Shown: positions 51,954-64,000, numbered from the stretch's first letter. The stretch is 64,000 bases of DNA from Octopus vulgaris (GCA_951406725.2 OX597823.1:22568001-22632000); one strand, 5' to 3'. Made by a program: numbers and translations. The notes: generated by a model from the sequence alone, not told the origin.

Positions 51954-53589
51954 ACATTAATATCAAAACTATCCTCACTTCACTCCCCTGACAAGTAAAA
52001 GCCTCAACCTCCAACTCATTGTGGCTGTCTCTGCTTTACCATAAATCATATGTCATTGTGTGTACATGCATATGTATGAGAAAAGCTTCGCTAAATGACG
52101 ATTCTAATCTCTTCAATTAATAAAATGTAATTACTAAGCCACAACACTACTGAGGTATAGAAGACTGGAAACGTTCTTTTATGTCACCAGGAATCACAGA
52201 ATAAGGGATAAGGGGAGCAATAATTCCTTTCAAGTTGTGTTCATGATTACACATTGTTAGGAAGATTACAGTGGGTTAAATATTTCAGTTACCTCCGTGG
52301 TATTTTTTACTAGGAATTTAAATATCTAAATACCGCGAAGTATTTTATCTGGCGATCCACTTGTGCATGTTTATGATCCACAGCTGATATTAATAAATTT
52401 ATTAATGATATTAGTGCACAGTGAGAAAAATATAAATTTCTCTATGAACTTACTACGAATACTGCTTAGAACGTAATAATCTCCCTTGCAACCATTCAGG
52501 GGAAGTAACTCTCGGAGAAACCGATTTGGCTGACGTTATTTTGATTGACGAAACAATTTACTGGTAAGAGAAGGGAAATCTAATAGTTTAAATTAAACCT
52601 AATATACTACATTATTTATTTATACATCCAAGAATATTGACATCATCACTGTGGCTGGAAGTTATTATAAGGCAACTTAATGAAATACACAATCAAAACA
52701 GTCTCTTCAGTATTCTTTTGTTCCAGCAATCCAGCAATATTGATTTAAAATTTTCATACAGTAATTCCCCAATAATTTCGGTTGTGGCGAAATTATTAAC
52801 TGGTACTTATTTTATCGACCCTGATAAAGGATGAAAGGCAAAGTCGACTCCGGCTGAATTTGGACTCAGAAGGTAAAAACGAACGAAATGCCGTTCAGCG
52901 TACTACCTGGTGTGCTAACGATTCTGTCAACTCACCGCCCTCTATATTGATAAAAAATCGAAACTTTAGCAGATATTGTATGTTAGTGATATCCGCTTGA
53001 AAGGGATACACCCTATACATATGAGGGGAGCGACGTGAATGAGTGTAAATATGATATTTCGTTTTAGTTTCACTTTCATTTTGTCAATCAAATTTTGAAA
53101 TGCTGATTTTTGCCAATTTGTTTTCAGATTCGTAATCTTTGTACCTGAAAACGGGGGTTTCTGTAAAAATTAAAAATAAATAATAAAGGGGTTTTTTGGA
53201 GTGGTACAAAAGGAAGCCTTGCTCCAATAAATATCATATTTTATGTTGAGAAGTTGTACGTAGAAATTTATATGAATAACGGACAGTATCAACATCTATT
53301 GACAAGGCTGCAAAAACAAAGAAAAATTTTGAAAGAAGAAAATATAAAAAATAAATGAGTGGAAATCGAACCGATGCGTGTGTTAGATAATAAGACATTA
53401 AGACAATATGACTCTCCCTAGACAACAAAATATATGAAATGAATTACTCTGCAATAATTCTGTTGTTTTGTTGTATCATTACTTAATCTGAATAGAATTT
53501 GTTATCGAAGTTAATAATGCACATTTAGGAAAGATGATTGATTCGGTACGAACGAGTAAAAGCAAAAATTGTACGTTTGTTTTGGAGTT

Positions 53590-53995
53590 ATTTTTTAAAA
53601 TTGATCTCGTGGAAAGGTTCTGTGTTCAAGGTGTTGTGAGCGAGGATGACTTCCAAGACCGACGCGATAGATGTCTCCATAGATCTCTGCATGTTAAAGT
53701 TAGCATGAAAATCTGGGCAGGGATGGAATTCCAGAAGTCTGACGTTCTGGGAAAGAAGGATTGAATTATGTAGTTGGTGTGGATCATTGAAGTGGATATA
53801 AAATATGACTGATGAGAGGAGGAGAAATGGGTCAGTCGGCGATACTAGAGGATCTAACTCCGAAAAGCAGAGGTCACTATAAGAGTTGAAAAGGTAAATT
53901 GAAGAGACAAGCACCTCTGTAGGTCGGAGGCTGGAGTGCATCGTTGAGAAGCTTCATGGCTATCAATGGGATGGTTTCTATGATGGGGGTAGTCG
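53590..53995 (-). mobile_element. Degenerate Jockey/CR1-like LINE 3' end
   Basis: LQPPTYR..C.F, CFSELDPLVSP, F.ANFN.Q pattern resembles LINE C-terminal LQPL.HRR...CS.EL. Confidence 0.5.
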
Positions 53996-54027
53996 TAAGC
54001 AAGAAAGAAAGAAAGATAGAAAGAAAA

Positions 54028-54295
54028 AGACCCCCTTCGGTCACATGAATGACCACGGGATTGCACCTAGCAAGTTCCCCTCTGAGACACGCATACCAGC
54101 CTCTCCTCTCCACGTCACTAATATTATCCAAGGGAAAAGGTAAAGGCCGATACACTTTGACACCAGTGAGTTGCAACTCATTTCTGCAACTCGGTGAACT
54201 GTAGCAAGGTGAAGTAAAGTGTCTTGCTCAAGAACACAACACACAGCCCGGTCCAGGTATTGAACTCACTACCTCATGATTGTGAAACAGACGCT
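54028..54295 (-). mobile_element. SINE family D
   Basis: Reverse complement of 18668-18940. Confidence 0.75.
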
Positions 54296-54580
54296 CTAGT
54301 GTCTTAGTTGAGCTCTAAGTTTCCAGTGATGCTCTTGCAAAGAGTGCGGTGCTGGGTGGGGACTGTTGTGTTTATTCAAGCCAGCAATTTTTCTTAATTA
54401 CTGTCGAGTTTGTTCTTTGCATGATTTACTGTAACTCAGCTACGAGTGAAGCACTCAGGGAGAGGGGTTAGGGCTTTGGCGGAAGTGGGGATAGATGTAG
54501 AAAGATAGACATGTTTAAGATGATGGTTTCACATGCCCGCACAACTGCCTTTCATTGGTAAAGTGTTAAACACATTCAGG

Positions 54581-54629
<49 letters not shown>

Positions 54630-54631
<2 letters not shown>

Positions 54632-55178
54632 TATTATTAATATTATTATTATTATTGAGTGAAAGAGCAGTTCATGACATCAAAGTGACACTGGGGTAAA
54701 ATATACGAAGCCCAATATACCCATCATGACTACCTGTCTGATAAGAGTACACCAGGCACATGCATCACAACCATATGTGCGCGACATGGTGATCTTATAT
54801 CATGCACATGACCTTGCAGGTGGGGCCCAGTTAGAATTTTCTTCAGGTTGAGTAGCCCATCCCGCTCAAAAGGTCCCTGAATAAGAGTTATTTAAGGATG
54901 TTGAAAGAACCACCCATGTTTCCATAGGTGAATTATTCAAACCCCAAAGAATCCCTCTCAACACATGGCTATGATGCTCCCCCACTACTTCTGCTCGTGA
55001 TCAGAGATGCACATATCGTCAGCCACTAAGGTACATGCTCAACTGGTTAAGGTCAAACAACTGACAAGCAAATCTGTGGTATTGAGCAGAATATTTGCTG
55101 TAGCCCATCTTTTATACCAAGACAAAACAATGTACATGATAACACATCCAATCAGTTAAGATCAGAAGCCATGAGAGC
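54630..55178 (-). repeat. Interspersed non-coding retroposon-like segment ending in (TAA)n
   Basis: Higher-GC block bounded by (TTA)n and (AAC)n; family not identified. Confidence 0.4.
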
Positions 55179-55569
55179 CAAGAAGAAGAACAACAACAAC
55201 AAGAACAACAACAAGAACAACAACAATGACGACGACAACAACATCGAAAAATACCTAAGGAATGAGAACCCAAGTTCGAAATTTCCCGCAAGACACCTGT
55301 TTAAGGCTGGAGGGTATATCAGCCGAAGCGTTGTGTTAACAACAAACAAGATGACGACAAATATCCGTCAAATGTAAATAATGTACATAATTCTTCATCT
55401 CTTAAATGTAGATCTGTTATTCGGTTTAGTTGAATGTAAAAAAGTAAATAAAAATTAAGGGAGAGATAAGTATTAAAAGAAGTAAATAGACATTGGGTAT
55501 TCGGTGGCATAGAGAGAGTCTCAATAAAGTGGTTTTTGGGTCGAAGTACCTGACCGCACAGAAGAAACT

Positions 55570-56282
55570 TTAACTGAACTGATTTATCTGAACAGGATTT
55601 TGCCTGGGTCTCAAACAGTCAGCAACGGATGGCAAGAATATAATAACATCAGTATTCTCAATGGTGATACCTACACGCATGGGATAATTATACACCAACA
55701 TTGTGTTGATCCTCATGATCAAGACGTCCACACACAAAATGTGGAAAATATTTGGATGCGGGTGAAACGGAAGTTGAAACGACATTTTGGGACATCTGCA
55801 TGAGTTTCTCTGGCGTAATTCCACTGAGAAAATGAGGACATTTGTTCACTTTCTGGCGGGGATCGCCGGTCTTTATGCTGTATAAAAAGTTATGCTGTAT
55901 AAAAATTTCTAGGTAACTAAAAAATTTTAAACTTCGTATACTGGTAGAATGTGTTTATAAAACATCTTTTTCTCTTGGTTTTATTGAGAAAATTCTATAG
56001 TTTGTAAGATATTTGTTGTTTTTTTTCTTCAATTTCTGCAATTTCAACCAATCAAATACGTCTATTGAGTTAAAAAGCATTCTGTGTCGTACGAATATGT
56101 CTCTCGTTTAAGAAACAGATTGGGTTTACATTTGTGAGGAAAAAAAGGTACCCTTCCCCCCACCCCTAACCCTAACCCTAAAAGAGATTGAAATGCAATA
56201 GATCGATACTAGGGTCATAATTATGGGTGACAAATTCATATGTCACCGCTAGAAAAAACTGCCGTTCAAACCAAAAAGATCT
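55570..56282 (+). mobile_element. 3' part of a Merlin (IS1595/ISXO2-like) transposon: transposase remnant, 3' region and right TIR
   Basis: VSNGWQEY...YTH...H.HCVDP...HTQNVENIWMRVKRKLKRHFG...HEFLWRN; continues into the MITE body and ends AAAAACTGCCGTTCAAACCAAAAAGATC. Confidence 0.85.
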
Positions 56283-56329
56283 AAAGTAAGTTGCTTCTTG
56301 TACTACTTATCTTCCTTTAATTTTATTTA

Positions 56330-56384
<55 letters not shown>

Positions 56385-56409
56385 CGAAACTGAACAATTA
56401 CTTAATATA

Positions 56410-56550
56410 TTAGGTTGTCCCGAAAGTTCGTAAACACTTGCGAAAATTGAATTTTTACTTGCCAAGTACTAACAAAAACAACAAAAATTATTCCTCAAAA
56501 TAAAGACCATTATTTTCCAAGACTTTCTACGAACTTTTGGGACAACCTTA
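56410..56550. mobile_element. Small mariner-type MITE
   Basis: TIRs AGGTTGTCCC.AAAGTTCGTA / TACGAACTTTTGGGACAACCT; TA flanks. Confidence 0.8.
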
Positions 56551-57100
56551 TAGAGCAGTCGCGCAAAAAATTGGTTGCGGGGTCACTGGCCTTTGACCAT
56601 AAGAATAATTGTCTAGTGCTGAATTAGGCAAAACAACAACACACCACCACAACTACTACCACCATCACCACCAACAACAACACTACTACCATAACTACTA
56701 CTGTCACACGGCCGCTCTAGTTTCTAGGTATAACGGCCGAATCCCTATACTCTCTTTCTCTGTCTCTCTCATATAAAAGCCAGCTTTTTAAGCAAGAGAG
56801 AATAAATTGGTTCATGATGTATTTCTAGACATAATAGAAGCGGGGGAGGGGGGCCTCTTTGATCGGAACTGATTTGGGAGATAAACAATCGATATTGATG
56901 AAAGTACAGCTGGGAAGGGGTTAATTGATGGTTAATTATTAGAACCTGTGTGAAAGTCAGAGAAGTAATAAGCCTAATTAGATTGTAGTAATTCTCTGTA
57001 GACAAACTCTCAAGTAAACTCATTAATTGTTTAGAGGATATTCCCACGTGACTTTAATTAAATTTCAGATTATGTGAGCATTTAACTAAAGAGGAGAGGA

Positions 57101-57143
<43 letters not shown>

Positions 57144-57534
57144 TGAGTGAGGAAGAGAAACAGACGAAGAGATGCGAGAGACAGGCAGACAGACAGACGG
57201 TGTGTGTGATCAAGTGGTAGAGAACCGAGAGATCGAATACTCGTTTTTTCCCCCCTTTTTAAGGGTTTGCTCGGTTTGCAGAGATGTAAAGAAGTACTAC
57301 AGAGTAAGAAGCTCATGAAACAAAGTTTAACTGATCACGTGAATATATGGCGGTGCCCCAGCATGGCCACAGCTCGTGAGCTGAAACTAGATAAAATAAA
57401 ATCAAAATAAAATATATAGCCAGGATAGGGATGAGGCCTCTCGCAAGATGGCTTTATATTATTTATTTGCCACCTAGATGATGCGGAGAAAAAACGAGAT
57501 GTCCAAACAACCTTATAACGAAAGATCGCCGAAG

Positions 57535-58314
57535 GGCGATGTTTCGTTTGTCGTAGCACAGGTTTCCGTCGATTTCCTCCGTCGATTTCCGTAAAAAATG
57601 TAAACACTGAATCGGCCATACATACATACATACATACATACATACATACATACATACACACATACATACACACACACATACATACATACACACACACACA
57701 TACATAGATACATACACACACACATACATGCAGACATACATATACACATACACCGAGTAAAAAATTTCAGTTATCCCTCTCTTTCACACATTACTCTCTC
57801 TGTCTCTTCGCACACACTAACAGAAGCACTTCACTTACACAACATACTATCTGTCTCCCACACCCCATCAAACACACACGGAGACTTCAAAGAGAAATTT
57901 CCTCGTCATAAAATCGCTTCCTCTTAGTCTCTTTCGCTCTCATTACTTATGTAAAAAATAAAAGTTTTTTACGGAAATCGACGGAAACGTGTGCTACGAC
58001 AAGCGAAACATCGCCAATTTGGCGATGTTTCGTTTCGCCAATTTCAGTTATCTCTCTCTTTCACACATTACTCTCTCTGTCTCTTCGCACACACTAACAG
58101 AAGCACTTAACTTACACAATATACTGTCTGTCTCCCACACCCCATCAAACACACACGGGGACTTCAAAAAGAAATTCCCTCGTCATAAAATCGCTTCCTC
58201 TTAGTCTCTTTCGCTCTCATTACTTCAAATATTCCCGCAAAGCCATATGTAAAAAAATAAAAGTTTTTTACGGAAATCGACGGAAACGTGTGCTATGACA
58301 AACGAAACTTCGCC
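57535..58314. mobile_element. MITE with ~60-bp TIRs (57535-58015) plus tandem duplication of its right half (58040-58314)
   Basis: GGCGATGTTTCGTTTGTCGTAGCAC...TTTCCGTAAAAAA inverted at ~57965-58015 and again at ~58265-58314. Confidence 0.8.
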
Positions 58315-58319
58315 TCTGC

Positions 58320-58637
58320 GGCAATCTTACGATTCTAGTATATTTTACGTCAACTGACCACGTGTATTTGTTTATATATGTCGTCGATTTCCGTAAAAAC
58401 CTTTTATTTTTTTACATTTATTTTGTTACATATGGGGTTGAGGGAAAATGAGATCTTTGGGATTAGGGTTAGGGTTAGGGTCGACCCTAACCCTAACCCC
58501 AAAGATCCCATTTCCCCCCAACCCCATATGTAACAAAATAAATGCAAAAAAAAAGTTTTTGACGGAAATCGACGATCATATATAAACAAATACCCGTGGT
58601 CAGTTGACGTAAAATATACTAGAACCGTAAGATTGCC
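58320..58637. mobile_element. Palindromic MITE centred on head-to-head telomere-like repeats
   Basis: GGCAATCTTACG.TTCTAGTATATTTTACGTCAACTGACCACG and its reverse complement; centre (TTAGGG)3-TCGA-(CCCTAA)2. Confidence 0.88.
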
Positions 58638-59278
58638 AAATCTGTTTGATGGTCCGTTAGTATTTTATTTCTATTTATTGAGATATTTCGCTTTTTTAAT
58701 GGTAACACTTTTGTTTCATAAATCTTCAAAAAGATTTTTCCCCCAAAAAATGATAACCCCACCCCTATTATTTCGAAGGCTGTGGTGGAAGAAGGATTAG
58801 GGAAAATGTTAAATCTTGGTAAGTGCACCAGCACGCATTTCATTAAGAAAGAAAAAACCTCGTATTTTTTGCGTGGAATCAAGTGTCCTGACCTTCTTAA
58901 TGTGCTGCAAACCCCTTATTTTTGTTTTAAAAAAAAGGGATGGGTAGGAAACCGTCCCACCCATCCTGGAATGGTTGGAATTTTTTCCTTTTTTTCGTTG
59001 AATGAATTAAGGTGACCTAATATACCACAAAACACTTTTTGGGACCGGAAAACGTGTCGGGAATCCTCGGAAATTTTACCCCACCATTTTACAGAAATAC
59101 GTTTTCGAGAGTGATGATTGAACGGTTCGTTATTAAATAAATATTTACTAGTTTGTACTATAGGATTTTATATGTTAACATTTATATTGTGTATTTTATG
59201 TTAAAAATATTTTTTCTGAAGTCATAGTCTACGAAATGTGTGTGTAAGTATATATACATATATAAAAGTGTGTATGTA

Positions 59279-60320
59279 TATATAGACACACACACACAAG
59301 GGTTAGTACCAAATTGTTTCAGAAAAGTACTTATTACATACCTTGCTGTTAAATCATTGAATTAATCCCAAAATACAAGCTTTTTTCTAAAGTTTATCAA
59401 TATAAATAATAGTTCGATTAAACGTTTCAAGCTGTGTAGCAGCGTTTAAAAGAAATCCCTTTTGCTTTGCATACTTCCCGCTTAAACTCCAATTGGGTTT
59501 CATTTTTGCTTGGGGGTGGAGGGTGAGAGAATAAAAGCTTTCTCTCTACAAAGAAGCGATTAAAAATAAATATATCTTAATTGTTGTGTGAGAGAATATA
59601 TATATTCTCAAGATAAAATATTGTATCTTTTAAATACTCCCTTATTTTACAGAGTATATATTGTGTGTTTAAGAAAAAAAAACATTTGCTTTCTCTTCCA
59701 CAGTACTGTGTGAAAGAAAGATGAGGAGGGAGAGTGGAGAAGGAGAGAGGAGAGGGAGAGAGGGGAAGGAGAGGGGAATCATAAAAATTATAAAAATAAG
59801 AATTCTGTAGACATTTAGCTGTTATTTTTACCATCTCGACATTTTCAGTTTCAGACAGCGAAAGGGGTATGGATCAATTTTGGAGCTTTTCATAGAAAAT
59901 TTGAAATTAAAAATAAAATTTTCCATATTCTTAATCTCCGTATTTCTCCACGTAGATTGGCAAAAAAAAAAATTTTTTTTAAAGTTTAAAATTAAAAATT
60001 GTGGTGGGAAAATTTAAATTTTGAAAACGTTCACCTGGAAATACGCAACTTTTATATTCTCTCTCAATCTCTCTTCTCACTCACAAAAATGAAACCTAAT
60101 TGGAGTTTTAGCGGGAAATATGCCAAGCGATAGTGATTTTTTTTTTTAAACGCTACCACACAGCCTGAAATGTTTAGTCGAACAATTATTTATTTGATAA
60201 AATTTAGAAAAAGTTTGTATTTTGGGGGGATTAATCCAATTATTTCACAGCAAGGCATGTAATAAAGTACTTTTCTAAAACAATTTGGTACTAGCCCTTG
60301 TGTGTGTGTGTCTACATATA
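59279..60320. mobile_element. ~1-kb foldback/long-TIR non-autonomous element (~230-bp imperfect inverted arms)
   Basis: AAGGGTTAGTACCAAATTGTTT...GTTTCATTTTTG (59298-59508) inverted at 60084-60299; symmetry extends into CA/TG flanks. Confidence 0.85.
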
Positions 60321-60335
60321 CACACTCTCTCTCCC

Positions 60336-60371
<36 letters not shown>

Positions 60372-60373
<2 letters not shown>

Positions 60374-61327
60374 TTCGTTTTCGTCTCTTGTATTCACATC
60401 CGTCTTGTGCGTTCACATTCCTGTCTTCGACCAAGAAATCTAATGCTTACAGCTTAGTTTTTTTTCTTGGGGCTGGCCGAGTTGGAGCAAATATCAGAAT
60501 TGAACAGCCGAAATTTGCTATGATGATTCGGTGTCTGACTGAAGATTGAAGGCTTCGAATGATTTGTCTGTGTTCCGTGTTCGTCCCTTCCTGTATTTCA
60601 CGTTCATTATATATAAAAACATTCATTCTTATATTATTGCGGCGTTACGTGCACCCCCCCGTTTGTTTGTCCAATTTTAAACCCTGCACGACTTCTATAC
60701 ACACTGTCTTTTACTACCCGCCATTGCTTCTTCACCAAACTTTTTGGCGCCCTCCGATTCTTCCCCTCTCTTCCTCCCATCCTCCTTAATCCCTTCTTTC
60801 TCCTCTCTTGGTCACTGATTCTGTCCCCTGCCTTCCACCCTCTTTGATTCCCTCTCTCTCTGTCTCTCTTTCTCTCTCTCCTGCGACCTGCTGCTTCTTC
60901 AACCATTCTGTTGGCCTTCGTATCTCGACCAACATGTGTCCCCGCTACCGAAACGGTAATTATTTCTACGCCAGCTGCTATGTTGTTGTTGTTTTGTCTC
61001 ATTTGGTCTAAAGTCGTATGACAACCACCGTTATATATGTTTTGTTTTTTCATTACTGTTTTCAATTTCGTTTTCGTCTCTTGTATTCACATCCGTCTTG
61101 TGCGTTCACATTCCTGTCTTCGACCAAGAAATCTAATGCTTACAGCTTAGTTTTTTTTCTTGGGGCTGGCCGAGTTGGAGCAAATATCAGAATTGAACAG
61201 CCGAAATTTGCTATGATGATTCGGTGTCTGACTGAAGATTGAAGGCTTCGAATGATTTGTCTGTGTTCCGTGTTCGTCCCTTCCTGTATTTCACGTTCAT
61301 TATATATAAAAACATTCATTCTTATAT
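60372..61327 (+). mobile_element. Non-coding element with 263-bp direct terminal repeats (60372-60634, 61065-61327), pseudo-LTR-like
   Basis: Repeats appear identical (offset 693 bp); (TA)n flanks; no TG..CA ends or PBS seen. Confidence 0.85.
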
Positions 61328-61669
61328 ATATATATATATGGGGAGAATTCAAAAAAGACGAAGACAGGTGGTGTAGAGAACAGATGTTTTATGAGTGTGG
61401 GACAAAAGCCCTATAGTTATTGTGTGAAAGTGGACAAAAGCCCCACGGTTATATTTTTCGGATTTTTATTATGATTTTTTTCACCTTTTACTTGTTTCAG
61501 TCATTAGACTGTGGCCATGCTAGGGCACTGCTTTCAAGAATTTTTAGTTGAACGTATTGACGCCAGAATTTTTTTCGTAAGTTTTGAAAAGTGCACCCGC
61601 ACGCGTTTCACTAAGAAAAATAACGCGCCTAATGTGCCGCAAAACCCCTTACTTTTGTTCGGAAAAAAT

Positions 61670-61932
61670 AATGGCACTGCCCTCTCCAGGAATCATTGGT
61701 TTTAGGGTTAGGGTTTTAGAGTTAGTGTTGGGGAAAAAAGTTAAAATTGAAGGAGTTGGGGGAAGGGGAAATTTCACAATGCCGATTTCTTTTTGAAAAC
61801 GTTCAGCTGGAAATGGCCATGCCCTCTCCAGGAATCATTGATTTTAGGGTTAGGGTTTTAGAGTGAGTGTTGGGGAAAAAAGTTAAAATTGAAGGAGTTG
61901 GGGGAAGGGGAAATTTCACAATGCCGATTTTT
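61670..61932. repeat. ~120-bp tandem duplication containing TTTAGGGTTAGGG
   Basis: GCCCTCTCCAGGAATCATTG...AATGCCGATTT occurs twice; upstream 61590-61660 resembles 58820-58925. Confidence 0.8.
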
Positions 61933-63152
61933 GGCAAAAGAAATTACAAAAATAAATTTGGGAGAAAATGGGGTGGGGGAACGGACGGAAGTCTTTCCTT
62001 TTTACTTTTAAAGGTAAACGATTCTCATAGGAGCAAGCACGATATTGCTAAGCTCTGTATTTTTCCAAGTAGATTGACAAAAAAAAAATCGAAAAAAGTT
62101 AAAAGTTTAAAAATTTGGGTGAGGAGTGGGAATTAAAAATTTTTTAAACTTGATTTTTTGGATGTTCGGAATCTCCATCATCGAAAACCTAAGAATCGAC
62201 TGAGAAAAAAAGATTTCCGAAAGCTCGTATTTTTCTTTTTTTTTTTTTTTTTGGTGGGGAGAGGTGACTCGTCCAGCTCCACCTTTTATTGAGCCCGTAA
62301 GGACGAAAGGCAAAATCGACCTCGAAAGAATTTGAGCTCAGAACAAAAAGACGGACGGAACACCGCTAAGCATTTTGCTTGGTGGCCTAATGACTCTACA
62401 AGCTAACTGCCTTTTTAAAAGTTAAATAGTCCTTTCTATTATAGGTACAATGCCTGAAATTTTGAAGGAGTGGGGCTGGGTGGGGGCTAGTCGATTACAT
62501 CGATCCCAGTGCGAAACTGGTACTTATTTCATCGACCCCGAAAGGATAGGCTGAATTTGAACTCAGAAAGTAAAAACGGACAAAATGCCATTTAGTAATT
62601 TTTGTTCAGCGTGCTAACGATTCTGCCAGCTCGCCGCTTTAACTAATTAATTAATTAATTAAATTAATAATAATCATAATCCATTAAAAAGTTAATGACA
62701 AGAGCGAAATAAACTGTTGGCGCGAAATGAATATCTCCAGAAATAACTGAGAAAAAACAGCTCATTTGGAAGACAGGAAGCAGAAATATTAAAAACAAAC
62801 ATTAATAAGAAACATGGCGTCCGAAAGAGATAAAACTCAATAAAATGAAATGGGTTTTAAGATGAGTGGCGTGTATCTAAAGACAACAGCATTTACCTGA
62901 GAGAGAAAATAGGATTTGTGGTCAATACTTCAAACTTTAGACATTGGTATCACTTGCTATGAAGTCCATTAATTCGAGTAACACTGAAATTGAATCAAAT
63001 TACACTTATCTCTATAGACCTTTTGCGCAGGTGCAAACTGTATGTGTGCATGTATCTATGTTAGCGCGTATATGTATGATTGTGTGTGGATATATGCATG
63101 TGTATATATGATTGCTAGCTATCTAGAAAGATAAATAGATTGATATTAATGT

Positions 63153-63183
<31 letters not shown>

Positions 63184-63560
63184 GCTGTGTGCGTGTGTAC
63201 TTATATGTTTATAATATATCTGTGTGTATGTATGTATGTATGTGTATATAATTCTATGTATATTCGGACAGATAAATAAATAGAGAGAGAGGGAGAGAAG
63301 GAAAGATTGAGAGGGGAGGAGAGAGACGCTGAGCTGAAAGATCAAGAGTTCAAAAGATGGTCCAATAGAAATTGTTTCAATGTTGAAGCATGCAATGTAC
63401 ATTACATTTTACTGAAGCTGTTCACACAATTACTCACACACACACAAACATGAACACACTCATATATTCATTGGGCATACTTGTGTGAATATGTAAATCT
63501 ATGTATGCAATGCATGTATATATATATATATATATATACGTGCGCGCGCGCAAACAGTAT

Positions 63561-63964
63561 ACTCTTTTACTTGTTTCAGTGATTTGACTGCCGCCATGCT
63601 GGAGCACCGCCTTTAGTCGAGAAAATCGACCCCAGGACTTATTCTTTGGAAGCTTAGTACTTATTCTATCGGTCTCTTTTGCCGAACCGCTAAGTTACGG
63701 GGATGTAAACACATCACCATAGGTTGTCAAGCAATGTTGAGAGGACAAACACAGACACACAAACATATACACACACATACATATAAATATATATATACAT
63801 ATTTACGGCGGGCTTCTTTCAGTTTCCGTCTACCAAATCCACTCACAAGGATTTGGTCGGCCCGAGGCTATAGTAGAAGACACTTGCCCAAGGTGTCACG
63901 CAGTGGGAATGAACCCGGAACCATGTAGTTGGTAAGCAAGCTACTTACCACACAGCCACTCCTG
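63561..63964 (-). mobile_element. SINE family B, full length
   Basis: Reverse complement of 4911-5348. Confidence 0.9.
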
Positions 63965-64000
63965 TTTTTATATATATTTATAGAATATATAAATGTATAT

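Noticed and set aside
58463-58500. True chromosomal telomere fusion site
   Set aside because: Only five repeat units, embedded in a symmetric MITE-like palindrome
60520-60565. SECIS-like hairpin (ATGA...TGAT)
   Set aside because: The G-A quartet is out of register with the helix and there is no correctly spaced apical AA; no upstream selenoprotein-like ORF
60538-60570. Hammerhead in the direct repeat (CTGAAGA...GAAT)
   Set aside because: GAAT instead of GAAA, no stem II directly after the core, and no consistent stems I and III

Overview
AT-rich, repeat-dominated eukaryotic DNA. The SINE repertoire, TTAGGG motifs and very long (TA)/(CA) microsatellites suggest an Octopus (cephalopod) genome; this is pattern recognition, not a database match. 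Most of the window is tRNA-derived SINEs (labelled here families A-D), decayed LINEs (R4/Dong-type, CR1/Jockey-type, Tx1-type ORF1), Penelope-like element (PLE) remnants, Tc1/mariner and Merlin DNA transposons with their MITEs, foldback palindromes and microsatellites. There is one credible host gene: a 597-aa single-coding-exon ORF on the minus strand (47095-48888) with flanking splice signals, atypical C2H2-like fingers and a C-terminus resembling the core-binding region of transposon tyrosine recombinases. The RNA-level signals are several hammerhead ribozyme motifs (two with intact cores, at 780-825 and 23731-23824) and an unrecognised multi-pseudoknot motif with compensatory changes between divergent copies (24734-24830, 60431-60560, 61124-61253). 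Most ORFs in the supplied track are microsatellite or repeat artefacts.
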